Positions 15,912 through 25,929 of a DNA stretch of 64,000 nucleotides are shown here, piece after piece. The notes under the pieces are model-generated. The model did not search any database. It saw only the letters and a program-made list of their open reading frames with translations, and was not told where the DNA came from. Positions within the stretch are counted from its first letter, which is position 1. Each line of letters begins with the position of its first letter. The DNA is from an uncultured Candidatus Saccharibacteria bacterium (lineage in GTDB: Bacteria; Patescibacteriota; Minisyncoccia; UBA6257; 2-01-FULL-56-20): contig CAZAFA010000001.1 of NCBI GenBank assembly GCA_964484655.1, positions 97,518 to 161,517 of the forward strand, in the 5' to 3' direction. Position numbers and translations under genes: made by a program.

Positions 15912-17314
15912 CAGAAGTCGTCGTACGAGTGCTCGCGGTCGATGTCGCGGAAGCTCGCCGGCTCGGGAGCCCAGCCGAGCTCGATCGTCCTCGTCGGGCC
16001 GTTGCGGTGCTTGGCTATGACGATGTTCGCCTTGTTCTTCACGTCGTCGGGGATCTCGTGGTCCTGCTTGCCCTGGATCTTGAGGTCGCGGTCCTTGCGA
16101 TAGATGAACATGACCACGTCGGCGTCCTGCTCGATGGAGCCCGACTCGCGGAGGTCGTGCAGCTGCGGGGTGCGGTTGTCGCGCTGGTCCACGCCGCGGC
16201 TCAGCTGGGAGAGGGCGAGCACGGGGATCTGGAGCTCGCGCGCGATGAGCTTGAGGCCGCGGCTGATCTCGGTGACCTGCTGGACCATGTTGTCGCGCGA
16301 GTTGCGCGGCGCGATGAGCTGGAGGTAGTCGACGACGAGGAGGCCGAGGCCGTGCTGCATCTGGAGGCGGCGGGCCATGGCGCGCATCTGGAGGATGGTC
16401 GGGGCCGGGGTGTCGTCGATGTAGATCGGCGCGTTGGCGAGCTTGGCGAGGCCTTCCTTGACCATGCCGAGCTCGTACTCGTCGCGGATGTTGCCGGTGC
16501 GCAGCTGCCAGAGGCTCGCGTCGCCGGCGGCGGCGACGAGGCGGTCCACGACCTCCTCGCGGCTCATCTCGAGCGAGAAGACGCCGACGGGCGTGCCGGC
16601 CAGCGCGGCGTGGCGGGCGATGTCGAGCGCGAGCGAGGTCTTACCCATGGACGGGCGGGCGCCGAGGATCACGAGGTTGCTCCGCTGGAGCCCGGAGAGC
16701 GCGCGGTTGAGCTCCTTGAAGCCGGTGGTGACGCCGCGGAGCTCGCCCTTGTGCTCGCGGAGGTACTCGATGCGCTCGAAGGCGTCGGCGAGCTCGCCCG
16801 AGATCGGCACGAAGTTCTGGGTGACCGAGTGCTGCGCGATGCCCATGATGCGCTTCTCGACCTCGCCGAGGAGCTCCTCGACGTCCTCGGCGCCGTCGCC
16901 GAGCGCCGCTTCCGCGATCTGCGCGGACGCGTTGAGGAGCTCGCGGAGCACCTTCTTCTGGCGGACAACCTCGGCGTAGTGCGCGACGTGGCTGGCGGTG
17001 GCGACGTAGTTGGTGAGCTCGGCCAGGTACGTGGCGCCGCCCACGGCCTCGAGTTCGGCGCGGTCCTTGAGGGCGGACGTGACGGAGACGACGTCGATCG
17101 GCTGGCTCTTCTCGAGCAGCTGCACGATGGCCGCGTAGATAGTCGCGTGTGCCGGGATGTAGAAGTCGTCCGCGGCGATGACGTCGCTGACCTTGTAGAT
17201 CGCCTGCGGGTCGATCAGCAGGGCCCCGAGAGTCGCGCGTTCGGCGTCCAGGCTGTGCGGGACGATGCGGGCGTCAACGATGGAGTCGGTGTGCTTGGTA
17301 GGGCGGGTCGCCAT
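15911..17314 (-). CDS. dnaB: Replicative DNA helicase DnaB (no intein)
   Basis: 467 aa with Walker A GARPSMGKTSLAL, an N-terminal DnaG-binding domain and RecA-like H2-H4 motifs. Confidence 0.9.
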   Translation of the reverse strand: MATRPTKHTDSIVDARIVPHSLDAERATLGALLIDPQAIYKVSDVIAADDFYIPAHATIYAAIVQLLEKSQPIDVVSVTSALKDRAELEAVGGATYLAELTNYVATASHVAHYAEVVRQKKVLRELLNASAQIAEAALGDGAEDVEELLGEVEKRIMGIAQHSVTQNFVPISGELADAFERIEYLREHKGELRGVTTGFKELNRALSGLQRSNLVILGARPSMGKTSLALDIARHAALAGTPVGVFSLEMSREEVVDRLVAAAGDASLWQLRTGNIRDEYELGMVKEGLAKLANAPIYIDDTPAPTILQMRAMARRLQMQHGLGLLVVDYLQLIAPRNSRDNMVQQVTEISRGLKLIARELQIPVLALSQLSRGVDQRDNRTPQLHDLRESGSIEQDADVVMFIYRKDRDLKIQGKQDHEIPDDVKNKANIVIAKHRNGPTRTIELGWAPEPASFRDIDREHSYDDF

Positions 17315-18684
17315 CAGCGGGGCAGGATGCGCGGACCCGTCGGCGAGTCCTCTACGGCGTATCCTAGCCCTTCGATCCGCGCGCGGAAAGCGTCGGCCTG
17401 CATAAACTGTTTACTAGTCCGCGCCATCTCGCGTTTGCTGGCCAATTCGCGCACCTCGTCTGGAATATCCGGCATCTCGTCAAGGATGCGGAGCGCGTCG
17501 TCCATGGCGGCGAGGGTCGCGCGGCGCGCGCCCACCGGCAGCTTCGCCGCCTCGTGCATGAGCGCGAGCGCGCGCGGCGAGCCGAGGTCGTCGGCGAGGG
17601 CGGCCCAGAACCGGTCCATGAGCTCCTCGTCGCGCGTGCCCGCATCCGCGTCGGACCAGTACGCCTCCAGGAGCGAGCGCCGTCCCGCCTTCGCCGCGGC
17701 GAGCGCGTCCCAGGTGAAGTTGAAGCGCGTGCGGTAATGGCTGCCGAGCACGAGGTAGCGGAAGTCGGCGGGGGAGAAGCCGCGCTCGACGAGGTCCTTG
17801 AGGAGGAAGACGTTGCCGAGGCTCTTGCTGATTTTCTCGCCCTCGGTGAGGAGGTGTTCGCAGTGCAGCCACGCCTTAGAGAAGGGAGCGCCATACGCGC
17901 CCTCGCTCTGCGCGATCTCGTTGGTGTGGTGGGGGAAGAGGTGGTCGATGCCGCCGGTGTGGATGTCGATCGGATGCCCGAGGAACCGGTGCGCGAGCGC
18001 GGAGCACTCGAGGTGCCAGCCGGGGAAGCCAACGCCCCAGGGCGAGTCCCAGACCTGGATCGCCTTCGCGTACCGCCCGACGGCCTTGAGCCAGACGGCG
18101 AAGTCCGCCGGATTGCGCTTGCTCGTCTCCGTGACCACCTCCTCGCGCGCGCCGACCATCCGACTCGCCTGATCCTGGCCAGTGAGCGCGCCGTATCCCG
18201 GGAAGGTCGTCACGTCGAAATACACGCCCTCGGGCGTGTCGTACGCGTGCCCCTTGTCGATGAGCAGCCGCACGAGCGCGATCTGGTCGTCCACGAACCT
18301 GCTCGCGCGCGGCATCTGGTCCGGGCGCGCGATGCGGAGCGCGTCCCAGTCGGCGAGGAAGGCGTCCGTGTACTTCGCGATGATCTCCTCGACGTCGACC
18401 TTCTCGCGCTCCACGGCGACCTCCATCTTGTCCTGGCCCTCGTCGCCGTCGTCGGTGAGGTGGCCGACGTCGGTGATGTTCATCACGTGCTCGACGCCGT
18501 ACCCGAGGCCGCGGAGCGTGCGGACGAGGAGGTCGTCGAAGAGAAACTTCCGGAAGTTCCCGATGTGCTGGAAGTTGTAGACCGTGGGGCCGCAGGCGTA
18601 GAGGCGGAGCGGGCCGTCCTCGCGCGGCTCGACTACGACCTCCTTCCGGCCGAGGCTGTCCCGGACCCGCAGCTTCAGTTCCAT
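17314..18684 (-). CDS. cysS: Cysteinyl-tRNA synthetase
   Basis: HIGH motif (HIGN), KISKS (KMSKS) and CGPTVY, a zinc-binding Cys characteristic of CysRS. Confidence 0.9.
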   Translation of the reverse strand: MELKLRVRDSLGRKEVVVEPREDGPLRLYACGPTVYNFQHIGNFRKFLFDDLLVRTLRGLGYGVEHVMNITDVGHLTDDGDEGQDKMEVAVEREKVDVEEIIAKYTDAFLADWDALRIARPDQMPRASRFVDDQIALVRLLIDKGHAYDTPEGVYFDVTTFPGYGALTGQDQASRMVGAREEVVTETSKRNPADFAVWLKAVGRYAKAIQVWDSPWGVGFPGWHLECSALAHRFLGHPIDIHTGGIDHLFPHHTNEIAQSEGAYGAPFSKAWLHCEHLLTEGEKISKSLGNVFLLKDLVERGFSPADFRYLVLGSHYRTRFNFTWDALAAAKAGRRSLLEAYWSDADAGTRDEELMDRFWAALADDLGSPRALALMHEAAKLPVGARRATLAAMDDALRILDEMPDIPDEVRELASKREMARTSKQFMQADAFRARIEGLGYAVEDSPTGPRILPR

Positions 18685-18723
18685 GCCCCCGATGCAGCTC
18701 TGCGACGCATGGGCGCCATTGTA

Positions 18724-19194
18724 TCAGAGGTGCCCGCCGTGCCGATGGTGCCCGTGCCACTGCCGGTGCACGAGCCAGAGGGAGATCAGCTGGAGGACGA
18801 CCATGGAACCGATGATGGTCCGGTGCAGGTTCAGGAGGACGTTCCCGAAGTACGTGCCGCGGACGAGCTCCATGGCCGCCTCCGGCAGGAGTGGTAGGAC
18901 GAAGGCGGCGCAGATGAGGCCCGTGATGAGGAAGGGGACGACCTGCACGAGCAGGCGGCGGCGGGAGACGGTGCGCCGCAGGAGGTACCCGGTGACGAGC
19001 ATCGGCACGAAGATGATCGCGAGGTGCCCGGGACCGTGCACGTGGAGCAGCGCGTCGAGGTCGTTCCCGAAATAGCGGGCGAGGAGCTCGCCGGCCATGA
19101 GGCTGAAGAAGACGTGCGAGACGCTGACGCGCCAGGCGAGGCCGATCGCGAGCGGGACGAGCAGGACCGACCAGAGGATGACGTCCCCGAGCAT
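18724..19194 (-). CDS. Hypothetical membrane protein with a His-rich C-terminus
   Basis: 156 aa, 4-5 TM segments, tail HRQWHGHHRHGGH. A metal-related function is only a guess. Confidence 0.45.
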   Translation of the reverse strand: MLGDVILWSVLLVPLAIGLAWRVSVSHVFFSLMAGELLARYFGNDLDALLHVHGPGHLAIIFVPMLVTGYLLRRTVSRRRLLVQVVPFLITGLICAAFVLPLLPEAAMELVRGTYFGNVLLNLHRTIIGSMVVLQLISLWLVHRQWHGHHRHGGHL

Positions 19195-19242
19195 GCCAGA
19201 AGTATACGCGTAACGAAGAAGGAGCCCTAAGGCTCCTCTTTC

Positions 19243-19539
19243 TCATTCCAACCAGTGCCCGGCAGGCACCGCGTTAATCTCCGCAGCCTGGGCTGCCGCT
19301 TTGGGCTTCAGCAGCCGGATGCCGGTCTTCTCCTTGATGTCAGACCAGAGATAGACAATCGGCATCACAGGGCCGGTTCCCAGCACGAAGATCGTCGCGA
19401 AAACGAATAATCCGAAATCTCTCTGATAGAGCATGTAGAAGAGGCTTTCATGCCTCGAGTTCGCATCCATCAGAAACCAGATGTCGCGCGCGAGAAAGAT
19501 CGCCCACGACGCTTTCCATATAAACCAGACTAGTTCCAC
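19243..19539 (-). CDS. Small membrane protein, PLD-nuclease N-terminal (PLDc_N)-like
   Basis: 98 aa with two TM helices and LGTGPVMPIVYLWSDI, resembling the PLDc_N/cardiolipin-synthase N-terminal family. GC content is lower than the surroundings. Confidence 0.4.
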   Translation of the reverse strand: MELVWFIWKASWAIFLARDIWFLMDANSRHESLFYMLYQRDFGLFVFATIFVLGTGPVMPIVYLWSDIKEKTGIRLLKPKAAAQAAEINAVPAGHWLE

Positions 19540-19621
19540 AGAATTATTTCTCCCTATTACGTATTATTTGCCGTAGCTGATACAACTTATAATACATTAT
19601 CGGCTACCAGTCAATCATAGA

Positions 19622-19648
19622 TTAGCAATCTTGACCGGGGACTGCTAA
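19622..19648 (+). promoter_or_regulatory. CIRCE-like operator (HrcA binding site) upstream of hrcA
   Basis: TTAGCAaTC-N9-GAcTGCTAA versus consensus TTAGCACTC-N9-GAGTGCTAA (2 mismatches), 22 nt upstream of the hrcA ATG in an AT-rich divergent intergenic region. Confidence 0.65.
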
Positions 19649-19669
19649 CCGCGCACAATTACCTCCGCC

Positions 19670-20356
19670 ATGCGGAACCGCGCCGCTGAAATCCTGGAAG
19701 CAACCGTCCGCGAGTTCATCCTCACGGGCCTGCCGGTGAGCTCGTCGCATCTCTACGAGCGCTACGATTTCGGGATCAAGCCGGCGAGCATCCGCATCGA
19801 GCTAACGGACCTTACCGACGAGGGATTCCTCGAGCAGCCGCACCACGCGGCGGGACACGTGCCCAGCGACCGCGGGTACGAGTACTACGCGCTCCGCGCG
19901 CTCGAGGACCCGGCGCCGTCCCGGGGCTTCCGCGGGATGGCCGACGCCGTCCGCGCGAGCGCCTACGACGACCTCGCCGACCTCCTCGCGGAGCAGGTGG
20001 GCGCGGTCGGGGTCGTCGCCGACCTCGACCGGGGCTACGCGGTGACCCGCGGCCTCCCGGCGCTCGTCGAGCGCCTCGACTGGGAGAGCCGCGAGGAGCT
20101 CGCGGGCATCCTCCGCGACATCGAGGGCATCGACGAGCGCATCGCGCGGTTCGGCGCCAAGATCGGCACCGACCCGCGGCCGTACATCGGCTCCCGGAGC
20201 CCGTTCGGCGGCCACGGGGCGCTCGCCGCGATCGCGGCGCGCTACTCGCTGCACGGGCGGCCGGTCGCCATCATCGCGGTCGGGCCCAAACGAATGGACT
20301 ACGACCGGGCCGCGACCCTCTTCGCCGCGCTCCAGGACCTTTCCGAAGCTGACTAA
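19670..20356 (+). CDS. hrcA: Heat-inducible transcription repressor HrcA (short, 228 aa)
   Basis: N-terminal wHTH and the HrcA signature EQPHHAAGHVPSDRGYEYY, followed by grpE-dnaK-dnaJ. Shorter than the usual ~340 aa. Confidence 0.75.
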   Translation: MRNRAAEILEATVREFILTGLPVSSSHLYERYDFGIKPASIRIELTDLTDEGFLEQPHHAAGHVPSDRGYEYYALRALEDPAPSRGFRGMADAVRASAYDDLADLLAEQVGAVGVVADLDRGYAVTRGLPALVERLDWESREELAGILRDIEGIDERIARFGAKIGTDPRPYIGSRSPFGGHGALAAIAARYSLHGRPVAIIAVGPKRMDYDRAATLFAALQDLSEAD

Positions 20357-20372
20357 CCACTATTCACACACC

Positions 20373-20891
20373 ATGGACGAGAACACGATCAACCCCGACA
20401 GCGAGCTCCCGGTCGCGCCCGGCGCGCAGGAGCTCGAGGACATCCGCACCGACCTCGAGCGCGAGCGCGACGAGTACAAGGACGGCTGGATGCGCGCGAA
20501 GGCGGACCTCATCAACCACAAGAAGCAGGAAGCGGAGCGCGTGAGCGCTGCGATCGCCACCGGGCTGCAGTCCGTCGTCAGCGACGTCCTCCTCGTCCTC
20601 GACAGCTTCGACGTGGCCATCGCCGCCATCCAGGACGAGACGGCGGCGCAGGGCCTCCGCATGATCCGCTCTCAGCTCCTCGACGTGCTCAAGCGGTACG
20701 GCGTCGCGCAGGTCCCGGCCGCCGAGCTCGTCGGCAAGGAGTTCGACCCCGCCGTCGCCGAGGCCATCGGCACGCAGCCGAGCGACCAGCCCGAGGGGAC
20801 CGTCGTGACGGTCGTCCAGGAGGGCTACCGCATGGGGGACAAGGTCCTCCGCGCCGCCCGCGTCCTCGTCGCCGCACCCGCCCAGTCGTAA
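20373..20891 (+). CDS. grpE: Nucleotide exchange factor GrpE
   Basis: Coiled-coil N-terminus and a C-terminal beta-sheet domain with GYRMGDKVLRAARV. Confidence 0.9.
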   Translation: MDENTINPDSELPVAPGAQELEDIRTDLERERDEYKDGWMRAKADLINHKKQEAERVSAAIATGLQSVVSDVLLVLDSFDVAIAAIQDETAAQGLRMIRSQLLDVLKRYGVAQVPAAELVGKEFDPAVAEAIGTQPSDQPEGTVVTVVQEGYRMGDKVLRAARVLVAAPAQS

Positions 20892-20906
20892 CCACCACCC
20901 ATCACC

Positions 20907-22799
20907 ATGCCTAAGATCATCGGAATCGACCTCGGTACCACCAACTCCGCCGTCGCCGTCACGGAGGGCGGCGAGCCGCGCATCCTCGAGAATCACGAGG
21001 GCAACCGCACCACGCCGTCCATCGTCGCCGTCAACAAGGCGGGAGAGCGCCTCGTCGGCCTCCTCGCCAAGCGCCAGGCGATCACGAACCCGGCGAACAC
21101 CATCTACTCGGTGAAGCGCCTCATCGGCCGCTCCTTCGACGACCCCGAGGTGCAGCGGGACATCACGCTGCTCCCGTACGAGGTGCGGAAGGCCAGCAGC
21201 GGCGGCGTCGAGGTGAAGCTCGGCGACGCGTGGCACACCCCCGAGGCGATCTCCTCGTTCGTCCTCGCAAAACTCAAGGCGGACGCGGAAGCCAAGCTCG
21301 GCGACACGGTCACCGAGGCGGTCATCACGGTGCCGGCCTACTTCGACGACGCGCAGCGCCAGGCGACCAAGAACGCGGGCGAGATCGCGGGCCTGAAGGT
21401 GCGCCGCATCATCAACGAGCCGACCGCGGCCGCGCTCGCGTACGGGCTAAACAAGAACAAGCACGAGAAGGTGGTGGTGTACGACTTCGGCGGCGGCACG
21501 TTCGACGTGTCGGTGCTCGAGATCGGCGACGACACGGTCGAGGTGGTCGCGACCGGCGGCGACACGCACCTGGGCGGCGACGACTTCGACAACGCGCTTC
21601 AGAACCATCTCCTCGCCGAGTACAAGAAGCAGGAGGGCATCGACCTCGCCAAGGACCCGCTCGCGCTCCAGCGCATCAAGGAGGCGGCAGAGCGCGCCAA
21701 GCACGAGCTCTCGACCGCGACCGAGACGGAGATCAACATCCCGTACATCACCAGCGACGCGAACGGGCCGAAGCACTTCCTCCTCAAGCTGACCCGCGCC
21801 ACGCTCGAGGAGCTCACGCGCGAGCTCGTGGAGCGGTCCGTGGCGATCACCAAGGAGGTGGTCACCGCGCCCGCGCCGAAGGGCGCCGGCTTCCAGATCG
21901 CGGACATCGCGGAGGTCATCCTCGTCGGCGGCCAGACGCGCATGCCGGCCATCCAGGAGGCGGTGAAGGGCCTCTTCGGCAAGGAGCCGCATCGCGGCAT
22001 CAACCCGGACGAGGTGGTCGCCTCGGGCGCCGCGGTCCAGGCGGGCATCCTCCAGGGCGACGTGAAGGACATCCTCCTGCTCGACGTCACCCCGCTGACG
22101 CTCTCCATCGAGACGCTCGGCGGCGTCGCGACCCCGATGATCGAGAAGAACACCACGGTCCCGACCAACAAGACCCAAACCTTCTCGACGGCCGCGGACA
22201 ACCAGCCGAGCGTCGAGGTGCACATCCTCCAGGGCGAGCGGCCGATGGCTTCCGACAACAAGACGCTCGCGCGCTTCATCCTGGACGGCATCCCGCCGGC
22301 CCCGCGCGGCGTGCCGCAGATCGAGGTCAGCTTCGACATCGACGCCAACGGCATCCTGAACGTCTCCGCCAAGGACAAGGCCTCCGGCAAGAGCCAGTCC
22401 GTCCGCATCGAGGCGAGCACGGCGCTCTCCAAGGAGGAGATCGAAAAGCTCCGGAACGACGCGGCCGCGCACGCCGAGGAGGACCGCAAGCGCAAGGAGC
22501 TCGTCGAGACGCGGAACAACGCCGAGAGCCTCGCGTACACCGCGGAGAAGGCTCTCGCCGACGCCGGCGACAAGGTCCCCGCGGACCTCAAGGCCGGGGT
22601 GGAGGAGAAGGTGAAGGCGGTGCGCGACGCGCTCGCCGGCGAGGACGCGGACGCTATCAAGTCGGCGTCCGACGCGCTAAGCTCTGAGATGCAGAAGATC
22701 GGCGAGCAGCTCTACAAGCAGCCCGAGACGCCGCACGACAGCAGTGCTGATACTCAACCCCGAGAACCTGGAGAAGACGCAGGCCCCGCTGCGTCCTGA
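20907..22799 (+). CDS. dnaK: Chaperone DnaK (Hsp70)
   Basis: [29 protein letters not shown] and a C-terminal lid. 630 aa. Confidence 0.95.
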   Translation: MPKIIGIDLGTTNSAVAVTEGGEPRILENHEGNRTTPSIVAVNKAGERLVGLLAKRQAITNPANTIYSVKRLIGRSFDDPEVQRDITLLPYEVRKASSGGVEVKLGDAWHTPEAISSFVLAKLKADAEAKLGDTVTEAVITVPAYFDDAQRQATKNAGEIAGLKVRRIINEPTAAALAYGLNKNKHEKVVVYDFGGGTFDVSVLEIGDDTVEVVATGGDTHLGGDDFDNALQNHLLAEYKKQEGIDLAKDPLALQRIKEAAERAKHELSTATETEINIPYITSDANGPKHFLLKLTRATLEELTRELVERSVAITKEVVTAPAPKGAGFQIADIAEVILVGGQTRMPAIQEAVKGLFGKEPHRGINPDEVVASGAAVQAGILQGDVKDILLLDVTPLTLSIETLGGVATPMIEKNTTVPTNKTQTFSTAADNQPSVEVHILQGERPMASDNKTLARFILDGIPPAPRGVPQIEVSFDIDANGILNVSAKDKASGKSQSVRIEASTALSKEEIEKLRNDAAAHAEEDRKRKELVETRNNAESLAYTAEKALADAGDKVPADLKAGVEEKVKAVRDALAGEDADAIKSASDALSSEMQKIGEQLYKQPETPHDSSADTQPREPGEDAGPAAS

Positions 22800-23763
22800 G
22801 GCGACGCGGCCCGCGCGGTACGCCTCGGTGCTCCGCGTATCCCTCGCGATCATCACGACCGCGGCGGCGTTCCTGTCGGGCTACGCGGTGACGCAGTACT
22901 TCGCGCTCGCCTGGCCGCTCTGGTACGCCGCGGCGGCGATCGGCGGGTTCGTCTACCTGGCCGCGCTCGTCGCGATCACGGTCGACGGGTTGCGCTGGCA
23001 CATCCCGCTCGCGGTCATCTGGGGCGCCTGCTTCGCGCTCGGCCTCCCGTGGCGCGACGGCGCCGAGGCGTTCGCGATGGCGGGCATCGTCGCGGCCGGG
23101 TCCGTCCTGGCGTACATGACGTACGCCTCGGGGGCGAGCTCCTTCGCGACGCTCCATACCTTCACCGTGTCCCGCCGCTATGCGTCGGCGCTCGCGAGCG
23201 GCATCGTGCTCGCGCTCATCGTCCTCTACGGCGCCGCGCTCAGTCGCGGAAACCCGATCCTTCCCGAGAATGCGTTCGCCGGCGTCGCCGACCACGCGGC
23301 GCGCCTCGTGCCGACGTTCCTCCCTACGGTCCCGCAGAACGGCTCGTCGACTTTGTCGGTCAACGACCTCGCGCGCGCTTCCGTCACGGCGCAGCTCAAG
23401 GACGACCCGCGCTTCAAGGCGCTCGACCCTGCCGAGCAGCAGGAGGTGCTCGAGAACGCCGTGGAGCAGGCCGCGAAGTCCTTCACCAAGCAGCTCGGCG
23501 CGGCGAGCTCCTCGCCGGACGCGTCGGTCGGGTCGGTCACGCAGACGGCGCTCGCGAGCATGCTCAACCGCTTCCGCGACCAGTTCGGCTGGTACTTCAT
23601 CGCCGCCTGGCTCCTCGGCGCCTTCTTCGTCGCGCGTTCGGCCGCGTTCGTGATCACGCTCGCTATCGCCGGCGTCGTCTGGCTCACCGTCCTCGCGGCG
23701 CTCTCGCTGGGCATCCTCCGCGTCGATACGATCCCGGCGTACCGCGAGCGCCTCATACTCTGA
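22744..23763 (+). CDS. Hypothetical polytopic membrane protein between dnaK and dnaJ
   Basis: The 339-aa ORF overlaps the dnaK 3' end by 55 nt. An in-frame GTG at 22828 would remove the overlap. About 8 TM helices, no recognisable domain. Confidence 0.5.
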   Translation: MLILNPENLEKTQAPLRPEATRPARYASVLRVSLAIITTAAAFLSGYAVTQYFALAWPLWYAAAAIGGFVYLAALVAITVDGLRWHIPLAVIWGACFALGLPWRDGAEAFAMAGIVAAGSVLAYMTYASGASSFATLHTFTVSRRYASALASGIVLALIVLYGAALSRGNPILPENAFAGVADHAARLVPTFLPTVPQNGSSTLSVNDLARASVTAQLKDDPRFKALDPAEQQEVLENAVEQAAKSFTKQLGAASSSPDASVGSVTQTALASMLNRFRDQFGWYFIAAWLLGAFFVARSAAFVITLAIAGVVWLTVLAALSLGILRVDTIPAYRERLIL

Positions 23764-23770
23764 CCCCGTC

Positions 23771-24826
23771 ATGGCGAAGGACTACTACCAGATCCTGGGC
23801 GTTTCGCGCGACGCTTCCCCGGAGGAGATCAAGAAGGCGTACCGCAAGGCCGCGCACCAGCACCACCCTGACAAGCAGGGCGGCGACGAGGCGCGCTTCA
23901 AGGAGGTCAACGAGGCGTACCAGGTGCTCGGGAACGCCGAGAAGCGCGCCCGCTACGACCGTACCGGCTCCGCGGATGGCTTCCCGGGCGGCGGAGCTGG
24001 ATTCGGCGGCTTCGGCGCGGAGGGCTTCGAGGTGAACTTCGAGGACCTCGGGGACCTGTTCTCGAGCGTCTTCTCCGGCGGCTTCGGCGGGGGATCGCCG
24101 CGCCGCCGCGATCGCGGCGACGATCTTCACGTGGAGCTCCGCATCTCGCTCGAGGAAGCCTTCTCCGGCGGCGACCACGGCTTCCGCGTCCCGGCGCAGG
24201 TGAAGTGCGATACGTGCGCGGGCTCGGGCGCCGCGGAGGGCAGCAAGCTGGTCACCTGCGCGACCTGCCACGGCAAGGGGCAGGTGGTGCAGACGCGCCG
24301 CGTGCTCTTCGGGCAGTTTCAGCAGGCGATCCCGTGTCCGGACTGCGAGGGAAGCGGGCAGAAGCCGGAGAAGCCGTGCCCGGCATGCCACGGAGCAGGA
24401 CGCGTGAAGGGGACGCGTGACGTGAAGGTCCACATCGACCCGGGCGTGCAGGACGGGCAGGTCATTGCTGTTCCCGACATGGGCGACGCGGGCCAGCGCG
24501 GCCTGCCGGCCGGATCGCTGGGCGTCCTGGTGCGTATCGCGCGGCACAAGACCTTCGTCCGCGAGGGCGACGAGCTCCTCGCCGACGTGCCGGTCTCGCC
24601 GCTCGAGCTCCTCGCGCACGAGCCGATCCAGGTGCCCGTCATCGACGGCGGCACGGAGCCGGTCTCGATCCCGGCGGGCACGGACCTGTCCCAGCTGTTC
24701 CGCGTGAAGGGGAAGGGGATGCCGCGTTTCCGCGGCAGGGGACGCGGGGACCTGCTCGTGCGGTTCCACGTCATCACGACCAAGAGGCCTGGGAAGCGGG
24801 AGGTAGAGAAGCTGTTCGAGTCCTAG
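23771..24826 (+). CDS. dnaJ: Co-chaperone DnaJ
   Basis: J domain with HPD, a G/F-rich region and four CxxCxGxG zinc-finger repeats. Confidence 0.9.
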   Translation: MAKDYYQILGVSRDASPEEIKKAYRKAAHQHHPDKQGGDEARFKEVNEAYQVLGNAEKRARYDRTGSADGFPGGGAGFGGFGAEGFEVNFEDLGDLFSSVFSGGFGGGSPRRRDRGDDLHVELRISLEEAFSGGDHGFRVPAQVKCDTCAGSGAAEGSKLVTCATCHGKGQVVQTRRVLFGQFQQAIPCPDCEGSGQKPEKPCPACHGAGRVKGTRDVKVHIDPGVQDGQVIAVPDMGDAGQRGLPAGSLGVLVRIARHKTFVREGDELLADVPVSPLELLAHEPIQVPVIDGGTEPVSIPAGTDLSQLFRVKGKGMPRFRGRGRGDLLVRFHVITTKRPGKREVEKLFES

Positions 24827-24890
24827 TCTGCCAAGTTCCTCGCGGAAGTAGGCAAGGAAATCAGCACGAAGTTGTGGGCTGTAGTGATAC

Positions 24891-24917
24891 ATAAAGACCG
24901 TGCATTACGGCACGGTC
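24891..24917 (-). terminator. Rho-independent terminator (minus-strand orientation) at the left edge of the low-GC block
   Basis: GACCGTGC-attacg-GCACGGTC followed on the minus strand by TTTAT. It sits just downstream of the minus-strand ORF ending at 24944. Confidence 0.5.
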
Positions 24918-24943
24918 ATCATCGGGATTACGTACCCCGGTCT

Positions 24944-25324
24944 TTACCCGGAAGTTTCCGATAAAGGCTTGGAGGGGAGATAGGCAGGGTTAATCTGGAC
25001 GAAGCCCGTCTTCCCGGTACCAATCATCAAAAAATCTGTGATAGCTCCCTTGGTTTGTTTCATAACCTTGCTTTGAACATCTTCAGCGGCACGAACGTAT
25101 GTGCGTGCACTAGCCTCAGAATGATCGTCAGCTGCATCGTCAGAAAGCTCTGAATAATAAAAGCGTTCGTCAGGATTGCGTAGCATCCGCTCTATGAGAT
25201 AAAAGCCCTCGGTTTTTGCTTGCCGCAAGTTAAGACTGATCGGGAATGAGCCTATATGTAGGGTGCCTGTATCTGAATCTAGGCTGAGCACGCGCTCGTC
25301 CTTATCTTCGGGTTTAGTAAGCCA
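24944..25324 (-). pseudogene. C-terminal part of a frameshifted hypothetical gene; continues the reading frame of 25314..25820
   Basis: This frame is protein-like only downstream of ~25325 (...VWLTKPEDKDERVLSLDSDTGTLHIGSF...MLRNPDERFYYSELSDD...). Upstream it is Cys/Ser/Arg-rich junk. The in-phase partner ORF stops at 25314, so a 1-nt frameshift near 25315-25330 would fuse them into a ~300-aa protein. Low GC. Confidence 0.35.
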
Positions 25325-25820
25325 GACCCTGCACGCCTCGATTACGAGGGGGGTGCGTGAAACGCAGCCAATTCTTGTAGCGATCCTTGCGGAGCAAGAA
25401 GTGGTTATCAGGCATCGGCTTATCGTCAATTGCAAATTCAGTGAGGAGCATCGCAAAGCGCGTCCCAGTTTCAGGCCTACTGCCATCCTCAATTTTCCTG
25501 AGCAAAGTTTCGACTGCACCGTATACCTGCCATAGCTCGTCATAGACAGGCCAGAAGTGAAGCTCGTGAAGGGTAGTGAGCATAGCTTCGCGGTCTAGAT
25601 CCGGGGCAGTCAGAACCTTTTTCTTAATCTCTTGCCACTTCGCAAACTCTTCGTACAGAAAATGGCCTTCGAGTCCGTGGGTGTTAGCCACGGTTTTTAC
25701 ATAGCCGTGAATCTCCCTGAAGAGTTGCAAATCCGGCTCCATAGTCATCATGAGTTGGTAGCGGCGTTCGAGGTCGGCAATAACCTGATCTGCCGTAGGG
25801 GGAGTCTCTGATTGGGCCAT
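25314..25820 (-). CDS. Hypothetical protein (N-terminal part of the putative frameshifted gene), low-GC block
   Basis: ORF with a protein-like C-terminus (...HFLLRKDRYKNWLRFTHPPRNRGVQGLAY). The start is set at MAQSETPP (25820). Upstream in-frame ATGs up to 25970 would overlap the divergent gene. No known domain. Confidence 0.4.
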   Translation of the reverse strand: MAQSETPPTADQVIADLERRYQLMMTMEPDLQLFREIHGYVKTVANTHGLEGHFLYEEFAKWQEIKKKVLTAPDLDREAMLTTLHELHFWPVYDELWQVYGAVETLLRKIEDGSRPETGTRFAMLLTEFAIDDKPMPDNHFLLRKDRYKNWLRFTHPPRNRGVQGLAY

Positions 25821-25929
25821 AAATCTGGTGGCTTTCAAGGTGCCTATTACTGCACTAAACTGCAAGCTATAGCAGTGGCTATCCAGAAGCCCTTCCATTA
25901 GGCTTTTGGCAAAATCCCATAGAACACCC

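Noticed and set aside
24944-25543. Full-length 199-aa track ORF as an independent gene overlapping 25314..25970
   Set aside because: Its first ~73 codons are Cys/Ser/Arg-rich and overlap the better-supported ORF in another frame. Only the part downstream of ~25325 looks coding, so it is interpreted as a frameshifted continuation.
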